A DNA stretch of 64,000 nucleotides from Leadbetterella sp. (GTDB taxonomy: Bacteria > Bacteroidota > Bacteroidia > Cytophagales > Spirosomataceae). Shown here piece after piece: positions 10,531 to 20,149 of this stretch (positions are counted from its first letter, which is position 1; the number at the start of each line of letters is the position of its first letter). The DNA is taken from assembly GCA_021740125.1 (NCBI GenBank), contig JAIPAJ010000001.1:13017-77016 (forward strand), given 5' to 3'. The notes under the pieces were generated by a model that saw only the letters and a list, made by a program, of their open reading frames with translations, was not told the DNA's origin and made no database searches. The position numbers were made by a program, and so were the translations under genes.

Positions 10531-11700
10531 ATGATTCACTTCAAGCTGAAGAACCATCTGCAAGGCGACAAGCAGATATGGTGGATATTATTACTTTTGT
10601 CACTCATTAGCATTGTGGTGGTTTATAGCTCAGTTAGTGCTCTTGCCTACCGTAAAACGGATGGAAATACAGAGTTTTTTCTACTTAAACACACCTTTTT
10701 CCTACTTATTGGTCTTTCTATAACCTTTATTATTCATAAGTTTGACTTTACACAATATGCTGGTCTTGCCCATGTTTTTTTATGGTTTACACCTTTTTTG
10801 ATTCTATATACCTTGATGTTTGGTATCAGTGTAGGTGGAGCTAGACGTTGGGTTTCAATTCTTGGCTTCTCTTTCCAAACCTCCGATTTTGTACGTTTAG
10901 TTCTCATAACCAACCTTTCCGCCATGCTAGCAAGGAGGCAGCATATTGAATACAAAGCCAATGACCTTTGGATTATGATATTTTGGTCAGGTTTGATAGT
11001 TGGTCTTTTATCTATTTCAAGTTTTTCTACATCCGTTATTCTAGGTATAACCTGTTTCCTTATTATGTGGATTGGTCGTGTTCCGAATCGCTTTTTGATA
11101 AGAATGGTTATAGTATTGGTAGTTGGATTGGCGAGCATACTTACCCTTGGCCTAATAGTAAAACGAGCTACAGGAACAGAGCTTGGACGCGTACAAACGG
11201 TTATAGACCGAACAGAGAGTTTTATAAACAAAGATCTCGATGGCGACACTGCGGTTGGTGGTGAACATGGAAGCGTAAGTGAACAAAAAAACTATGCCCT
11301 GATTGCAATAGCCAGAGGCGGCATATTTGGCATTGGACCTGGAAACAGCAGCCAGAAAAATATTCTTCCAGATGCTTTTTCAGACTTCATTTATTCTATT
11401 TTGATTGAAGAATGGGGTTTAATTGGTGGAATGATGGTAATGGGTTTATACCTGTGGCTATTATACCGTGGAGTTTGGAATATTGAAAACACCAAAAGAG
11501 CATTTGGAGGCTTGTTAAGCGTGGGGCTAACTTTGAGTATCGTTCTCCAAGCATTTGCACATATGTTTATTAACGTGGGATTAGGACCTGTAACAGGTCA
11601 AACGCTTCCACTGATCAGCATGGGAGGTACCTCAGCATTTTTTACTTCTGTAGCCATTGGGATTGTTTTAAGTGTAACCAAAAACGTGGATAAAGCATGA
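10531..11700 (+). CDS. ftsW: SEDS peptidoglycan polymerase FtsW
   Basis: GARRWV, SFQTSDF, LPDAFSDFIYSILIEEWG and TGQTLPLISMGGT. Lies upstream of murG. Confidence 0.92.
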   Translation: MIHFKLKNHLQGDKQIWWILLLLSLISIVVVYSSVSALAYRKTDGNTEFFLLKHTFFLLIGLSITFIIHKFDFTQYAGLAHVFLWFTPFLILYTLMFGISVGGARRWVSILGFSFQTSDFVRLVLITNLSAMLARRQHIEYKANDLWIMIFWSGLIVGLLSISSFSTSVILGITCFLIMWIGRVPNRFLIRMVIVLVVGLASILTLGLIVKRATGTELGRVQTVIDRTESFINKDLDGDTAVGGEHGSVSEQKNYALIAIARGGIFGIGPGNSSQKNILPDAFSDFIYSILIEEWGLIGGMMVMGLYLWLLYRGVWNIENTKRAFGGLLSVGLTLSIVLQAFAHMFINVGLGPVTGQTLPLISMGGTSAFFTSVAIGIVLSVTKNVDKA

Positions 11701-12803
11701 AAGACGAATTAAGAGTTATCATATCTGGCGGAGGTACTGGTGGGCATATATTCCCAGCTGTGGCCATAGCCAACGAAATAAAGGCTCAAAAACCTGATGC
11801 AAAGATTCTTTTTGTAGGGGCTTTAGGCAAAATGGAAATGGAAAAGGTGCCAAAAGCGGGATACGAAATTGTAGGTTTGCCCATAGCGGGATTCAATAGA
11901 TCTAATATGTTGGCCAATGTCACTTTTCCTTTTAAATTGGTAAGGAGTCTATTTTTGGCTTTTAAGATTTTAAAAGACTTTAAACCAAATATAGCTATTG
12001 GAGTGGGTGGATTTGCGAGTGGGCCAACATTAAGAATGGCCAATCTACTTGGTATAAAGACACTAATTCAAGAGCAAAATTCCTATGCTGGTGTAACGAA
12101 CAAAATCTTATCTAAGAAAGCTGAGAAAGTTTGTGTGGCTTATCCAAACATGGAAAAATTCTTTGAAAAAGATAAGATTGTTTTTACTGGTAATCCTGTA
12201 AGAGGCGATTTGGCTAAAATAGGTATAAGTCCTTCTGAAGCAAAAAAATCTTTTGGATTAGAACCAGACAGAAAAACCTTACTTATTATTGGGGGAAGCT
12301 TGGGAGCATTGAGTATCAACAAAGGAATAGCTAGCGGACTGAAAAACTTGCTGAATGCTGATTTACAGATAATCTGGCAAACAGGAAAATCATTTGTAGA
12401 GCAAGCCAAAGAAACGGTTGCCAATCTTCAGAGTCAAAGGGTATATGTCTCCGATTTTATTTATGAAATGGACAAAGCTTATGCTGGTGCTGACTTAGTA
12501 GTTTCTAGAGCTGGAGCATTATCCGTTTCGGAACTATCGTTGGTCGGGAAAGCCGCTATCCTTGTTCCCTACCCTTTTGCTGCTGAAGATCATCAAACAC
12601 AAAACGCCCTAAGCCTTACTTCCAATGAAGCAGCTATACTTGTGAAGGACAATGAAATAGCCGACCATTTAGTAGAATCTGTAGTTGAATTGGCGGAAAA
12701 TGCAACAAAGCTCAGAGTATTATCAGAAAATATAATGAAATTTGCAAAACCTTTCGCTGCTAAAGAAATAGTAGATGAAATATTTAAAGTTACCCAAAAA
12801 TGA
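11697..12803 (+). CDS. murG: Lipid II GlcNAc transferase MurG
   Basis: SGGGTGGHIFPA, EQNSYAG, TGNPVR, GGSLGA and SRAGAL. Confidence 0.97.
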   Translation: MKDELRVIISGGGTGGHIFPAVAIANEIKAQKPDAKILFVGALGKMEMEKVPKAGYEIVGLPIAGFNRSNMLANVTFPFKLVRSLFLAFKILKDFKPNIAIGVGGFASGPTLRMANLLGIKTLIQEQNSYAGVTNKILSKKAEKVCVAYPNMEKFFEKDKIVFTGNPVRGDLAKIGISPSEAKKSFGLEPDRKTLLIIGGSLGALSINKGIASGLKNLLNADLQIIWQTGKSFVEQAKETVANLQSQRVYVSDFIYEMDKAYAGADLVVSRAGALSVSELSLVGKAAILVPYPFAAEDHQTQNALSLTSNEAAILVKDNEIADHLVESVVELAENATKLRVLSENIMKFAKPFAAKEIVDEIFKVTQK

Positions 12804-13576
12804 AAGTCTTTTTTTCAGAGAATAATGTCGACTACGGCACTTATACCTTCAACTATGCCATCTACGCTCAAAAAGAGTCGCAGGCAGAGTTGACTGAAAT
12901 TTACGACAAGGGCTTTTTACCTTACACAGGTAATACTAATATTGAAAGCGAGTTATTCTACCTTGCGAGAAGTTTAAGAGTTAATCTCGAACACTTTGAT
13001 GACACTTCAGAAAATAGACGAGTTAGCAGGCTAATTGAACCACTCAATATAAAATTAGATATTTTAGACAAAACCACTTTTGATACAAAAGACCCTGAAT
13101 TTGTTGCTTTCTGTTCGAATTATATAAACGAACGCATAGGCGAAGACAACATGAGCCTTGAAAGATGGGATTATATTTTAAAACAAGAGACCGGCACTCA
13201 TTTCTTCAAATTCAGCAATTCAGAAAAAACATTGGGATACGTTTTAGCGTGTGTAAACGAAGAATTGGTTCACTATTGGTTTGCGTTTTTTGACACAGAG
13301 TATATGCGTACACATTCTCTTGGCAAATGGATGATGTGGCGAGTAATACGTTGGAGCAAAGACAATAACAAGAAATATACTTATTTAGGAACAGCCTACA
13401 AACCAGCCGCTCTATACAAAATAAGAGACCACAAGGGCTTAGAGTTCTGGGATGGAAAGAAATGGAATACAGACCCTAAAATCCTTAAAGATTGGTGCCA
13501 GACAGACTTGGATTCCAAAGCGGCAGATAGGTTTAAATTATTAGAAGAACCCAATAAATTTTTGAGTGAGCTATGA
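12800..13576 (+). CDS. GNAT-fold protein resembling arginyl/leucyl-tRNA-protein transferase (ATE_C/Bpt-like)
   Basis: IYDKGF, ARSLRVNL and F..FDTEY...SLGKWMM...IRW.K...KYTYLG......LYK resemble the ATE C-terminal domain. ATGA overlaps with both neighbours. Confidence 0.6.
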   Translation: MKVFFSENNVDYGTYTFNYAIYAQKESQAELTEIYDKGFLPYTGNTNIESELFYLARSLRVNLEHFDDTSENRRVSRLIEPLNIKLDILDKTTFDTKDPEFVAFCSNYINERIGEDNMSLERWDYILKQETGTHFFKFSNSEKTLGYVLACVNEELVHYWFAFFDTEYMRTHSLGKWMMWRVIRWSKDNNKKYTYLGTAYKPAALYKIRDHKGLEFWDGKKWNTDPKILKDWCQTDLDSKAADRFKLLEEPNKFLSEL

Positions 13577-14337
13577 AAATACCAAAACTTAAAAAGACCA
13601 TAAATTATGTAATTGGCGGATCCCTAGCGGCTTTTGCTATTTTTCTGATATTGGCAGCAACTAAAAACAACGCCCAAAAAAGATGTCAAAGACTTGAAAC
13701 CAAAATAAAAGATAATTCAGAGCAGTTTTTGGTTACCAAAGAAGACATAGAAAAATGGGTGACACAGTATGGAAACGACCCATTTGAAGGAAAAATAATT
13801 GAAAACATTAACCTTGATAAAGTCGAAAAGCGTGTTATTGAAAGTGGGACCATAAAATCTTGCAAAGCTTTCTTTGACCTTCAAGGATTTTTGGTATTAG
13901 AAATAGAAGCTTACAAACCAGTGGCAAGGATACTCAATCCCTACCAAACCGGGGATAAGTTTATTGATAATGAAGGCAATATTTTCCCTTTTTCAAAACA
14001 CTTTAGCCCTACCGTTTTGCTTATAAGTGGTGACTATGTAAGTCGGCTTAAAAGTCTGAAGTCTGAGAAAAATAGCGATTTGCTAGAACTTATTAACAGA
14101 ATTAGTGAGGACGAATTTTGGTCGGCTCAAATCACTCAAATCGACGTAAACAAGTACAAGGAGGTAAAAATGCTTCCACTGATGGGAAAAAATATTATAG
14201 AATTTGGGAAGCCAGAAAACATAACTTCAAAATTTGAAAAACTGTTGGTTTTTTACAAACAGATTTTACCTCAAAAAATCTGGGGGGACTTTTCAACAGT
14301 AAGCGTAAAATATGAAGGTCAAATAGTTTGTAATTAA
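13573..14337 (+). CDS. ftsQ: Cell division protein FtsQ/DivIB
   Basis: N-terminal TM, POTRA-like region, PVARI, IEFG and VKYEGQIVC (Bacteroidota FtsQ). Lies before ftsA. Confidence 0.85.
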   Translation: MKIPKLKKTINYVIGGSLAAFAIFLILAATKNNAQKRCQRLETKIKDNSEQFLVTKEDIEKWVTQYGNDPFEGKIIENINLDKVEKRVIESGTIKSCKAFFDLQGFLVLEIEAYKPVARILNPYQTGDKFIDNEGNIFPFSKHFSPTVLLISGDYVSRLKSLKSEKNSDLLELINRISEDEFWSAQITQIDVNKYKEVKMLPLMGKNIIEFGKPENITSKFEKLLVFYKQILPQKIWGDFSTVSVKYEGQIVCN

Positions 14338-14395
14338 GTGATTTTAAATAAGTTTGTATAAATATTAGTTTGCAGTTCAATAATATAAATCTGAC

Positions 14396-15778
14396 ATGGA
14401 AGAAGATAATTTGGTAGTAGGTCTCGATATAGGTACCTCAAAAATAAGTGCTGTGGCAGGTTCATTGCAAAAAGATGGAAACATAAAAATCAATGGATTT
14501 GTGGAGAGATCAGTGGTTCCAAAAGATGAAGTGCTTAAAAATGGGGAAATCGAAAATGCTCACCGTACTATCGAAATAATTGATGAGGTTCTTGAAGAAC
14601 TTTCAGACAATTTGACCATCAACCTTGAATCTGTAAATGTTAATATTTCAAATCCTGAAATCAGTGGCCATTTTCATAAAGGAAAGGTAACAAAATCTGG
14701 AGAAAATAAGCAAATTCAGCAAGCCGATGTAGACAAACTTGCAGATGATGTAAGAGTAACCTTTAAAGCCTATCCAGGGCGTACAGTACTTCACGCCATG
14801 CCACAAGATTTCTATGTGAATGATGTAAAAGCTGGCGAAAAAGTAGTTGGTAAATTTGGTGTACAAATCGGAGGAGATTTCTTTTTTCTAACTTCCAAAT
14901 CTGAAAGTTTAGAAAATCTATATTACACCTTGAAAAGTGTAAAAGCCAAAACTGACGACCCAAAACAACCTTTTATCGAAATCGATAACGTTTTGCTAAG
15001 TTCGGTGGCAGATTCATTTGCCTTATTAGACAATACCATTGACGACAAGCGTAATGGGGTAGCGATAGTTAATATTGGTGCCGAAATGATGGAGATGTGT
15101 ATTTATCTCAAAAACGGTATTCGATTCTTTAAAGCCTTACCCATTGGAGGAAATGCAATTACCAAAGACCTGGCAGATACTTTCCATATCAGCTTTGAAG
15201 AGGCAGAAATCCTTAAAAAAATATGTGGAAATATTCCAGCCTCGAGTATCAGTGATTCTGAGGTAGCCATCATTGAACGAAAAAAAGACCTTGCCCCGAT
15301 AGAAATAATTTTAAAAAATGCTTCCACAGTAGTGGAGTGGCGTTTAAAAGAGATGGCTGCAATTGTGAAAAGCGAATTAATCAGGTCAGGCTATGATGGA
15401 ATGCTCACAAATGGAATTATATTGACAGGGGGCACAGCTTCTATGGGAATTATCAAAGAGATTTTTGTGGAAGTTTGCAAACTAAAAAGCATAAGAAAAG
15501 CCAAGATTAGTAATAAAATTAATTTCAATGGTCATGAATTTCTGAATAAGCCTAAATATTCTACCATGCTCGGGCTTTTAATGGCTCCTAACTACCATTT
15601 TGACAGTAGACTTGACAACAGAATACTTAAACATGCTTCTGTAAAAGCCGTTGAAGTTGAAATTCCTGAGAAAAAAACTATACTTAAATCAGAACCAAAA
15701 ACACCTAAAAAACCAATTTTTGAAATGTTAAAGGATTTGATCATCGATAAAAAAATGAACGATGAATACATAAACTAA
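14396..15778 (+). CDS. ftsA: Cell division protein FtsA (divergent)
   Basis: VVGLDIGTSKI, VNIGA, IGGNAIT.DL, EAEILK and GIILTGG actin-fold motifs. Confidence 0.92.
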   Translation: MEEDNLVVGLDIGTSKISAVAGSLQKDGNIKINGFVERSVVPKDEVLKNGEIENAHRTIEIIDEVLEELSDNLTINLESVNVNISNPEISGHFHKGKVTKSGENKQIQQADVDKLADDVRVTFKAYPGRTVLHAMPQDFYVNDVKAGEKVVGKFGVQIGGDFFFLTSKSESLENLYYTLKSVKAKTDDPKQPFIEIDNVLLSSVADSFALLDNTIDDKRNGVAIVNIGAEMMEMCIYLKNGIRFFKALPIGGNAITKDLADTFHISFEEAEILKKICGNIPASSISDSEVAIIERKKDLAPIEIILKNASTVVEWRLKEMAAIVKSELIRSGYDGMLTNGIILTGGTASMGIIKEIFVEVCKLKSIRKAKISNKINFNGHEFLNKPKYSTMLGLLMAPNYHFDSRLDNRILKHASVKAVEVEIPEKKTILKSEPKTPKKPIFEMLKDLIIDKKMNDEYIN

Positions 15779-15801
15779 GGCCAAAAAAGAATTGGCAAAC
15801 T

Positions 15802-17133
15802 ATGGTATTAGAACCTAAATATAAAATTGAATTTAAGTCCAGTATGGAAAAAATAATTAAAGTAATTGGTGTAGGTGGTGGTGGCGGTAACGCCATGCTT
15901 AACATGTATAACCAAGGAATGCACGATGTTGATTTTGTAGCTTGTAATACTGATGCTCAAGCACTTAAGCAATTTCCTACTGACGTTATTCAACTCCAAT
16001 TGGGAGCAGAACTTACTAAAGGATTAGGTGCAGGCACAGACTGGAAAGTAGGTAAACAAGCGGCCATTGAAAGCGAAAAAAGCATAAATGACATACTTGC
16101 AGACCCAACTGAAATGGTCTTCATAACCGCAGGTATGGGAGGAGGAACTGGTACGGGTGCCGCTCCTGAAATAGCCCGCTATGCAAAGTCTAAAAACAGA
16201 TTGACGATTGGAGTGGTAACGGACCCATTTAGACATGAAGGCTTGGACAAGTTTGAGCAAGCATCAAATGGTATTGCCAAACTAAAAGAATATTGCGATA
16301 CTGTTTTAGTAATCAAGAACGACCGCTTGGTAGAAATGTATGGCGATCTTGATATAGAATCTGCCTACAAAAAAGCCGACGAAGTTTTAGCAAATGCTGT
16401 TAGAAGTATAGCTGAACTTATCACTCGACCAGGTATAGTAAACCTAGACTTTGCTGACGTAAAAACCGTTCTTGGAGATGCCGGACATGCCGTAATGGGT
16501 TCAGCTGAAGCAACTGGACCAGACAGAGCATCCTTGGCCATAGAAGCTGCCTTAAATTCTCCACTATTGGAAAACAACAATATCAAAGGTGCGAAGAGAA
16601 TTTTGGTTTCGATAGCTTATTCTGATGAGTTGCCAGAATATAAAATTAAAATGTCGGATCAAGCCAAGGTGACTGATTTTGTAGAAAGCCAGATTAAGTC
16701 AAGAGCGAAGATATTTAAACATGGTTTTGCTATTGACAGAACACTCAAAGATAGGGTAAGAGTGACAATAGTTGCTGCTCGGTTTGACGAAACGGTGGAA
16801 GAACCCGAAATTATTGAGTCTTCAAAAGTTGTGGAACATCCATTAGTCGTGGGCAAAGGAATAAATGCAATTATCCCTGAAAAACCTACAAAAGTAACGG
16901 CTCCAAAACCAACCAATCAAATTGGACTTTTTGAACAAGAGGATAAGTTTTTGATGGGCATAAATGATTTCACAAAAAATGGTGTAATTGTAGATGACTT
17001 GCTAGATTCACCTGCTTACAAAAGATATGGTGTTCAGTTAATTGACATTGCGGAAGTGGGAGAAGAAAATCTCGATAAGATAAATTTAATGGATCTTTAT
17101 ACCGAGCTGAGCAACCAGAAACTTATTGATTAA
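15802..17133 (+). CDS. ftsZ: Cell division protein FtsZ
   Basis: IKVIGVGGGGGNA, NTDAQAL, AGMGGGTGTGAAP and T7 loop NLDFADV. Confidence 0.97.
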   Translation: MVLEPKYKIEFKSSMEKIIKVIGVGGGGGNAMLNMYNQGMHDVDFVACNTDAQALKQFPTDVIQLQLGAELTKGLGAGTDWKVGKQAAIESEKSINDILADPTEMVFITAGMGGGTGTGAAPEIARYAKSKNRLTIGVVTDPFRHEGLDKFEQASNGIAKLKEYCDTVLVIKNDRLVEMYGDLDIESAYKKADEVLANAVRSIAELITRPGIVNLDFADVKTVLGDAGHAVMGSAEATGPDRASLAIEAALNSPLLENNNIKGAKRILVSIAYSDELPEYKIKMSDQAKVTDFVESQIKSRAKIFKHGFAIDRTLKDRVRVTIVAARFDETVEEPEIIESSKVVEHPLVVGKGINAIIPEKPTKVTAPKPTNQIGLFEQEDKFLMGINDFTKNGVIVDDLLDSPAYKRYGVQLIDIAEVGEENLDKINLMDLYTELSNQKLID

Positions 17134-17157
17134 GTCCAAAAAATAAGAAATAAATTT

Positions 17158-17193
17158 AAAGCTCTGAAATGAATGGTTTCAGAGTTTTTTTTT
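17158..17193 (+). terminator. Intrinsic terminator after ftsZ
   Basis: AAAGCTCTGAAAT-loop-GTTTCAGAGTTT followed by a T run. Confidence 0.8.
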
Positions 17194-17234
17194 AAAACAT
17201 TTCATTAGAAAAGATTCAAGCAACAGTATATTTA

Positions 17235-17846
17235 ATGACAGAATTAGAAAATAGGTATTTTATTCTCAATAAACCTTACAATATGTTATCCCAATTTATT
17301 GGTGATGACTTTGGCAATAATATGTTGGGCAAAATCGACTTTGACTTCCCAGAAGGTACTCACGCTATTGGTAGACTGGATAATTTATCAGAAGGTTTGT
17401 TGATATTGACCACCAACAAAAAAGTTACTAAGCTACTTTTTAACAGCAAAATACTTCATAAACGAACCTATTTAGTACAGGTAGATGCCACCATTACTGA
17501 CCAAAATATTTCAGATTTGAGATCAGGCGTACCCATTTTGTTAAGAGGCAACATCATGTGGACAACTAGCCCTTGCGATGTAGAACGTATAGAAAAGCCT
17601 GACGAATGTTATAATATAGTTAACACTTTGCACCCTAGACATGCTCATGCGTGGCTGAAAATAACACTCACAGAAGGCAAATACAGACAAATAAGAAAGA
17701 TGATAATTGCTGTAAACAACAAATGTAAAAGACTAATCAGAACTTCGATAGAGGACCTAGAATTGGGCGACTTACCAGTTGGTCAAATACGAGAATATTC
17801 TGAGACTGACTTTTTTCAAATGCTAAAAATTGAATACTCAAAATAG
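17235..17846 (+). CDS. RsuA/RluE-family rRNA pseudouridine synthase
   Basis: NKPYNMLSQF, IGRLD..SEGLLILT and LTEGKYRQIRKM. Confidence 0.9.
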   Translation: MTELENRYFILNKPYNMLSQFIGDDFGNNMLGKIDFDFPEGTHAIGRLDNLSEGLLILTTNKKVTKLLFNSKILHKRTYLVQVDATITDQNISDLRSGVPILLRGNIMWTTSPCDVERIEKPDECYNIVNTLHPRHAHAWLKITLTEGKYRQIRKMIIAVNNKCKRLIRTSIEDLELGDLPVGQIREYSETDFFQMLKIEYSK

Positions 17847-17956
17847 CTTCCAATTAGCGATTTCAAAAAACTAGTTTCGTGTTTGTCAAATTTTATAATT
17901 ACTCTTCTATATTTTTGTAAATAGCTAACATTCGAATATTATTCAACCTTATTATT

Positions 17957-19015
17957 ATGCTCATTGTAGATGCTCACCTCGACCTTTCTATGAATGCCCT
18001 TGAATGGAATCGAGACCTTACTAAGGAAATATCAGAAATAAATGCAAGAGAAAAAGGGATGAACGACAAACCAGACCGAGCCAAGGCAACCATTTCACTC
18101 AACGAACTTCGAAAAGGAAATATAGGCCTTGTGGTAGCCACTCAAATAGCAAGATTTGTGAAACCAGAAAGCACCTTACCTGGCTGGAACTCTCCGGAAC
18201 AAGCTTGGGCACAAACCCAAGGACAATTGGCCTGGTACGAAGCAATGGTGGCCAAAGGAGAAATGAGAATGATAAAAACTTCGATGGATTTGCAAAGTCA
18301 TTTATCTATTTGGGAAAATGATAAAAAAGCAATAGGATTTGTACTAAGCCTAGAAGGTGCTGATTCAATTATTGAAATCAGCTATTTAGAAAAAGCCTAT
18401 AACAATGGACTAAGAGCCATTGGTCCAGCACATTATAAAGAAGGCCGATATGCCAACGGAACCGACTCCACTGGTAAAATGGGCAAAGCAGGTTTAGATT
18501 TATTGAAAGAAATTGAGCGTTTGAAAATGATTCTGGACATGACTCACCTTTGTGATGATGCGTTTTGGCAAGCATTAGAAAACTACGATGGTGCATTGTG
18601 GGCAAGCCACAATAATTGTCGAAAATTTGTAAATCATAACCGCCAATATGCAGACGAACAAATAAAAGCCATTATTGAAAGAAATGGAATAATTGGGGTG
18701 GCTTTAGATGCTTGGATGATGGTACCGAATTGGACCCGTGGCATTTCAGACCCTAAAAATACGGGTTGTAATCTGGAAATAGCAGTAAATAATATTGACC
18801 ATATCTGTCAACTTGCAGGCAATACAAACCACGTTGGAATAGGATCAGACCTTGATGGGGCTTTTGGAAAGGAACAATGCCCGTATGATTTAGAAACGAT
18901 TGCGGATTTGCAAAAGATAGGAACAATCCTAAAATCTAGAGGTTATTCCGATGATGATATTTCAAAAATTATGCATCAGAATTTTATCGATTATCTATTG
19001 AAGAATCTCCCATAG
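17957..19015 (+). CDS. M19 membrane dipeptidase family metallohydrolase
   Basis: DAHLD, SLEGAD, LDMTH, ASHNN and HVGIGSDLDG. Confidence 0.9.
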   Translation: MLIVDAHLDLSMNALEWNRDLTKEISEINAREKGMNDKPDRAKATISLNELRKGNIGLVVATQIARFVKPESTLPGWNSPEQAWAQTQGQLAWYEAMVAKGEMRMIKTSMDLQSHLSIWENDKKAIGFVLSLEGADSIIEISYLEKAYNNGLRAIGPAHYKEGRYANGTDSTGKMGKAGLDLLKEIERLKMILDMTHLCDDAFWQALENYDGALWASHNNCRKFVNHNRQYADEQIKAIIERNGIIGVALDAWMMVPNWTRGISDPKNTGCNLEIAVNNIDHICQLAGNTNHVGIGSDLDGAFGKEQCPYDLETIADLQKIGTILKSRGYSDDDISKIMHQNFIDYLLKNLP

Positions 19016-19054
19016 AGTGATTTTCCATTATCTCTCAAAATCATATTGTTTTGA

Positions 19055-20041
19055 CTAAATGAGCTGTTCTTTCAACACCTCAAAAGCTTTAAGTAAGCTT
19101 TGATTTTTATATAAAACACCAAACACAAACTCTAGAATTGGCATTTTTACCTCTAGATTCTTATTAATTTCATAAATACTTTTGGTGGCATAATAACCTT
19201 CTGCTATCATTTTAAGCTCCATTTGTGCTGTTTTTACAGAATACCCTCGCCCTATCATATTACCAAAAGTGCGGTTTCTACTAAATTGGGAGTAAGCCGT
19301 AACCAACAAATCACCGAGGTAAGCCGACGAGTTTATTTGTCTTTCGTTAGGAGAAATTTTATTTACAAATCTCTCTATTTCTAACATAGCGTTGGAAACC
19401 ATCACTGCTTGGAAATTATCTCCAGCACCTAGCCCATGTGTCATTCCGCAGGCCAAAGCCACAATGTTTTTCATTACAGCTGCATATTCTACGCCATCAA
19501 TATCCGTTATGTAGGCTGTTTTTACAAATCTACAAGATAACAAATATGCAAAGCCTTGTGCCGTTTCTAATCCTTCGGAAGCAATCGTAAGGTAAGATTG
19601 TTTTTCAAGGGCAACCTCTTCTGCATGGCATGGACCCGCAATGGCTGCAATTTGATTTTTATCTATATTGAATTTCTCAGAAAACCAATCTGTCACCAGT
19701 TTGTTGCATGATGGTACCATTCCTTTCACGCCAGAAACAATTCTTTTCCCAACAAAAAGATTAGCATTTACGTCTATCAATGCTCCTTCAATAAAGGCTG
19801 CAGGAATAGCCAATATGACCCATTCGGTATTCTTTAAAGCTTCCTTTAGATTATTGTAAGGTTTTATCTTTGAAGGGTGGAGCTCTACACTACTCAAATA
19901 TTGTGGATTGTGGTGATGCTTTTTGATATGGGCTATTGCCTCCATATCACGCAGCCACCACTTTATTTTTATATTTTTTTCAGAAAGTATTTTTATTAAG
20001 GCCGTAGCCCAACTACCTCCTCCAATAACAGTCACGCTCAT
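19055..20041 (-). CDS. gpsA: NAD(P)H-dependent glycerol-3-phosphate dehydrogenase
   Basis: GGGSWATAL, GPCHAEEV, MKNIVALACG and GDLLVTAYSQFSRN. Confidence 0.95.
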   Translation of the reverse strand: MSVTVIGGGSWATALIKILSEKNIKIKWWLRDMEAIAHIKKHHHNPQYLSSVELHPSKIKPYNNLKEALKNTEWVILAIPAAFIEGALIDVNANLFVGKRIVSGVKGMVPSCNKLVTDWFSEKFNIDKNQIAAIAGPCHAEEVALEKQSYLTIASEGLETAQGFAYLLSCRFVKTAYITDIDGVEYAAVMKNIVALACGMTHGLGAGDNFQAVMVSNAMLEIERFVNKISPNERQINSSAYLGDLLVTAYSQFSRNRTFGNMIGRGYSVKTAQMELKMIAEGYYATKSIYEINKNLEVKMPILEFVFGVLYKNQSLLKAFEVLKEQLI

Positions 20042-20095
20042 CTGTCTTGAAATGTTTACGCAGCAAAATTAGGTTTTTTTAAGCAAATTAATGAC

Positions 20096-20128
20096 AAAAA
20101 AAGAGTGACAACATTTTGCCACTCTTTT
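20096..20128 (-). terminator. Terminator after the efflux adaptor gene
   Basis: On the minus strand, AAAAGAGTGGCAA-loop-TTGTCACTCTTTTTTT. Confidence 0.7.
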
Positions 20129-20149
20129 CTGTCAATATTAAACTATGCC

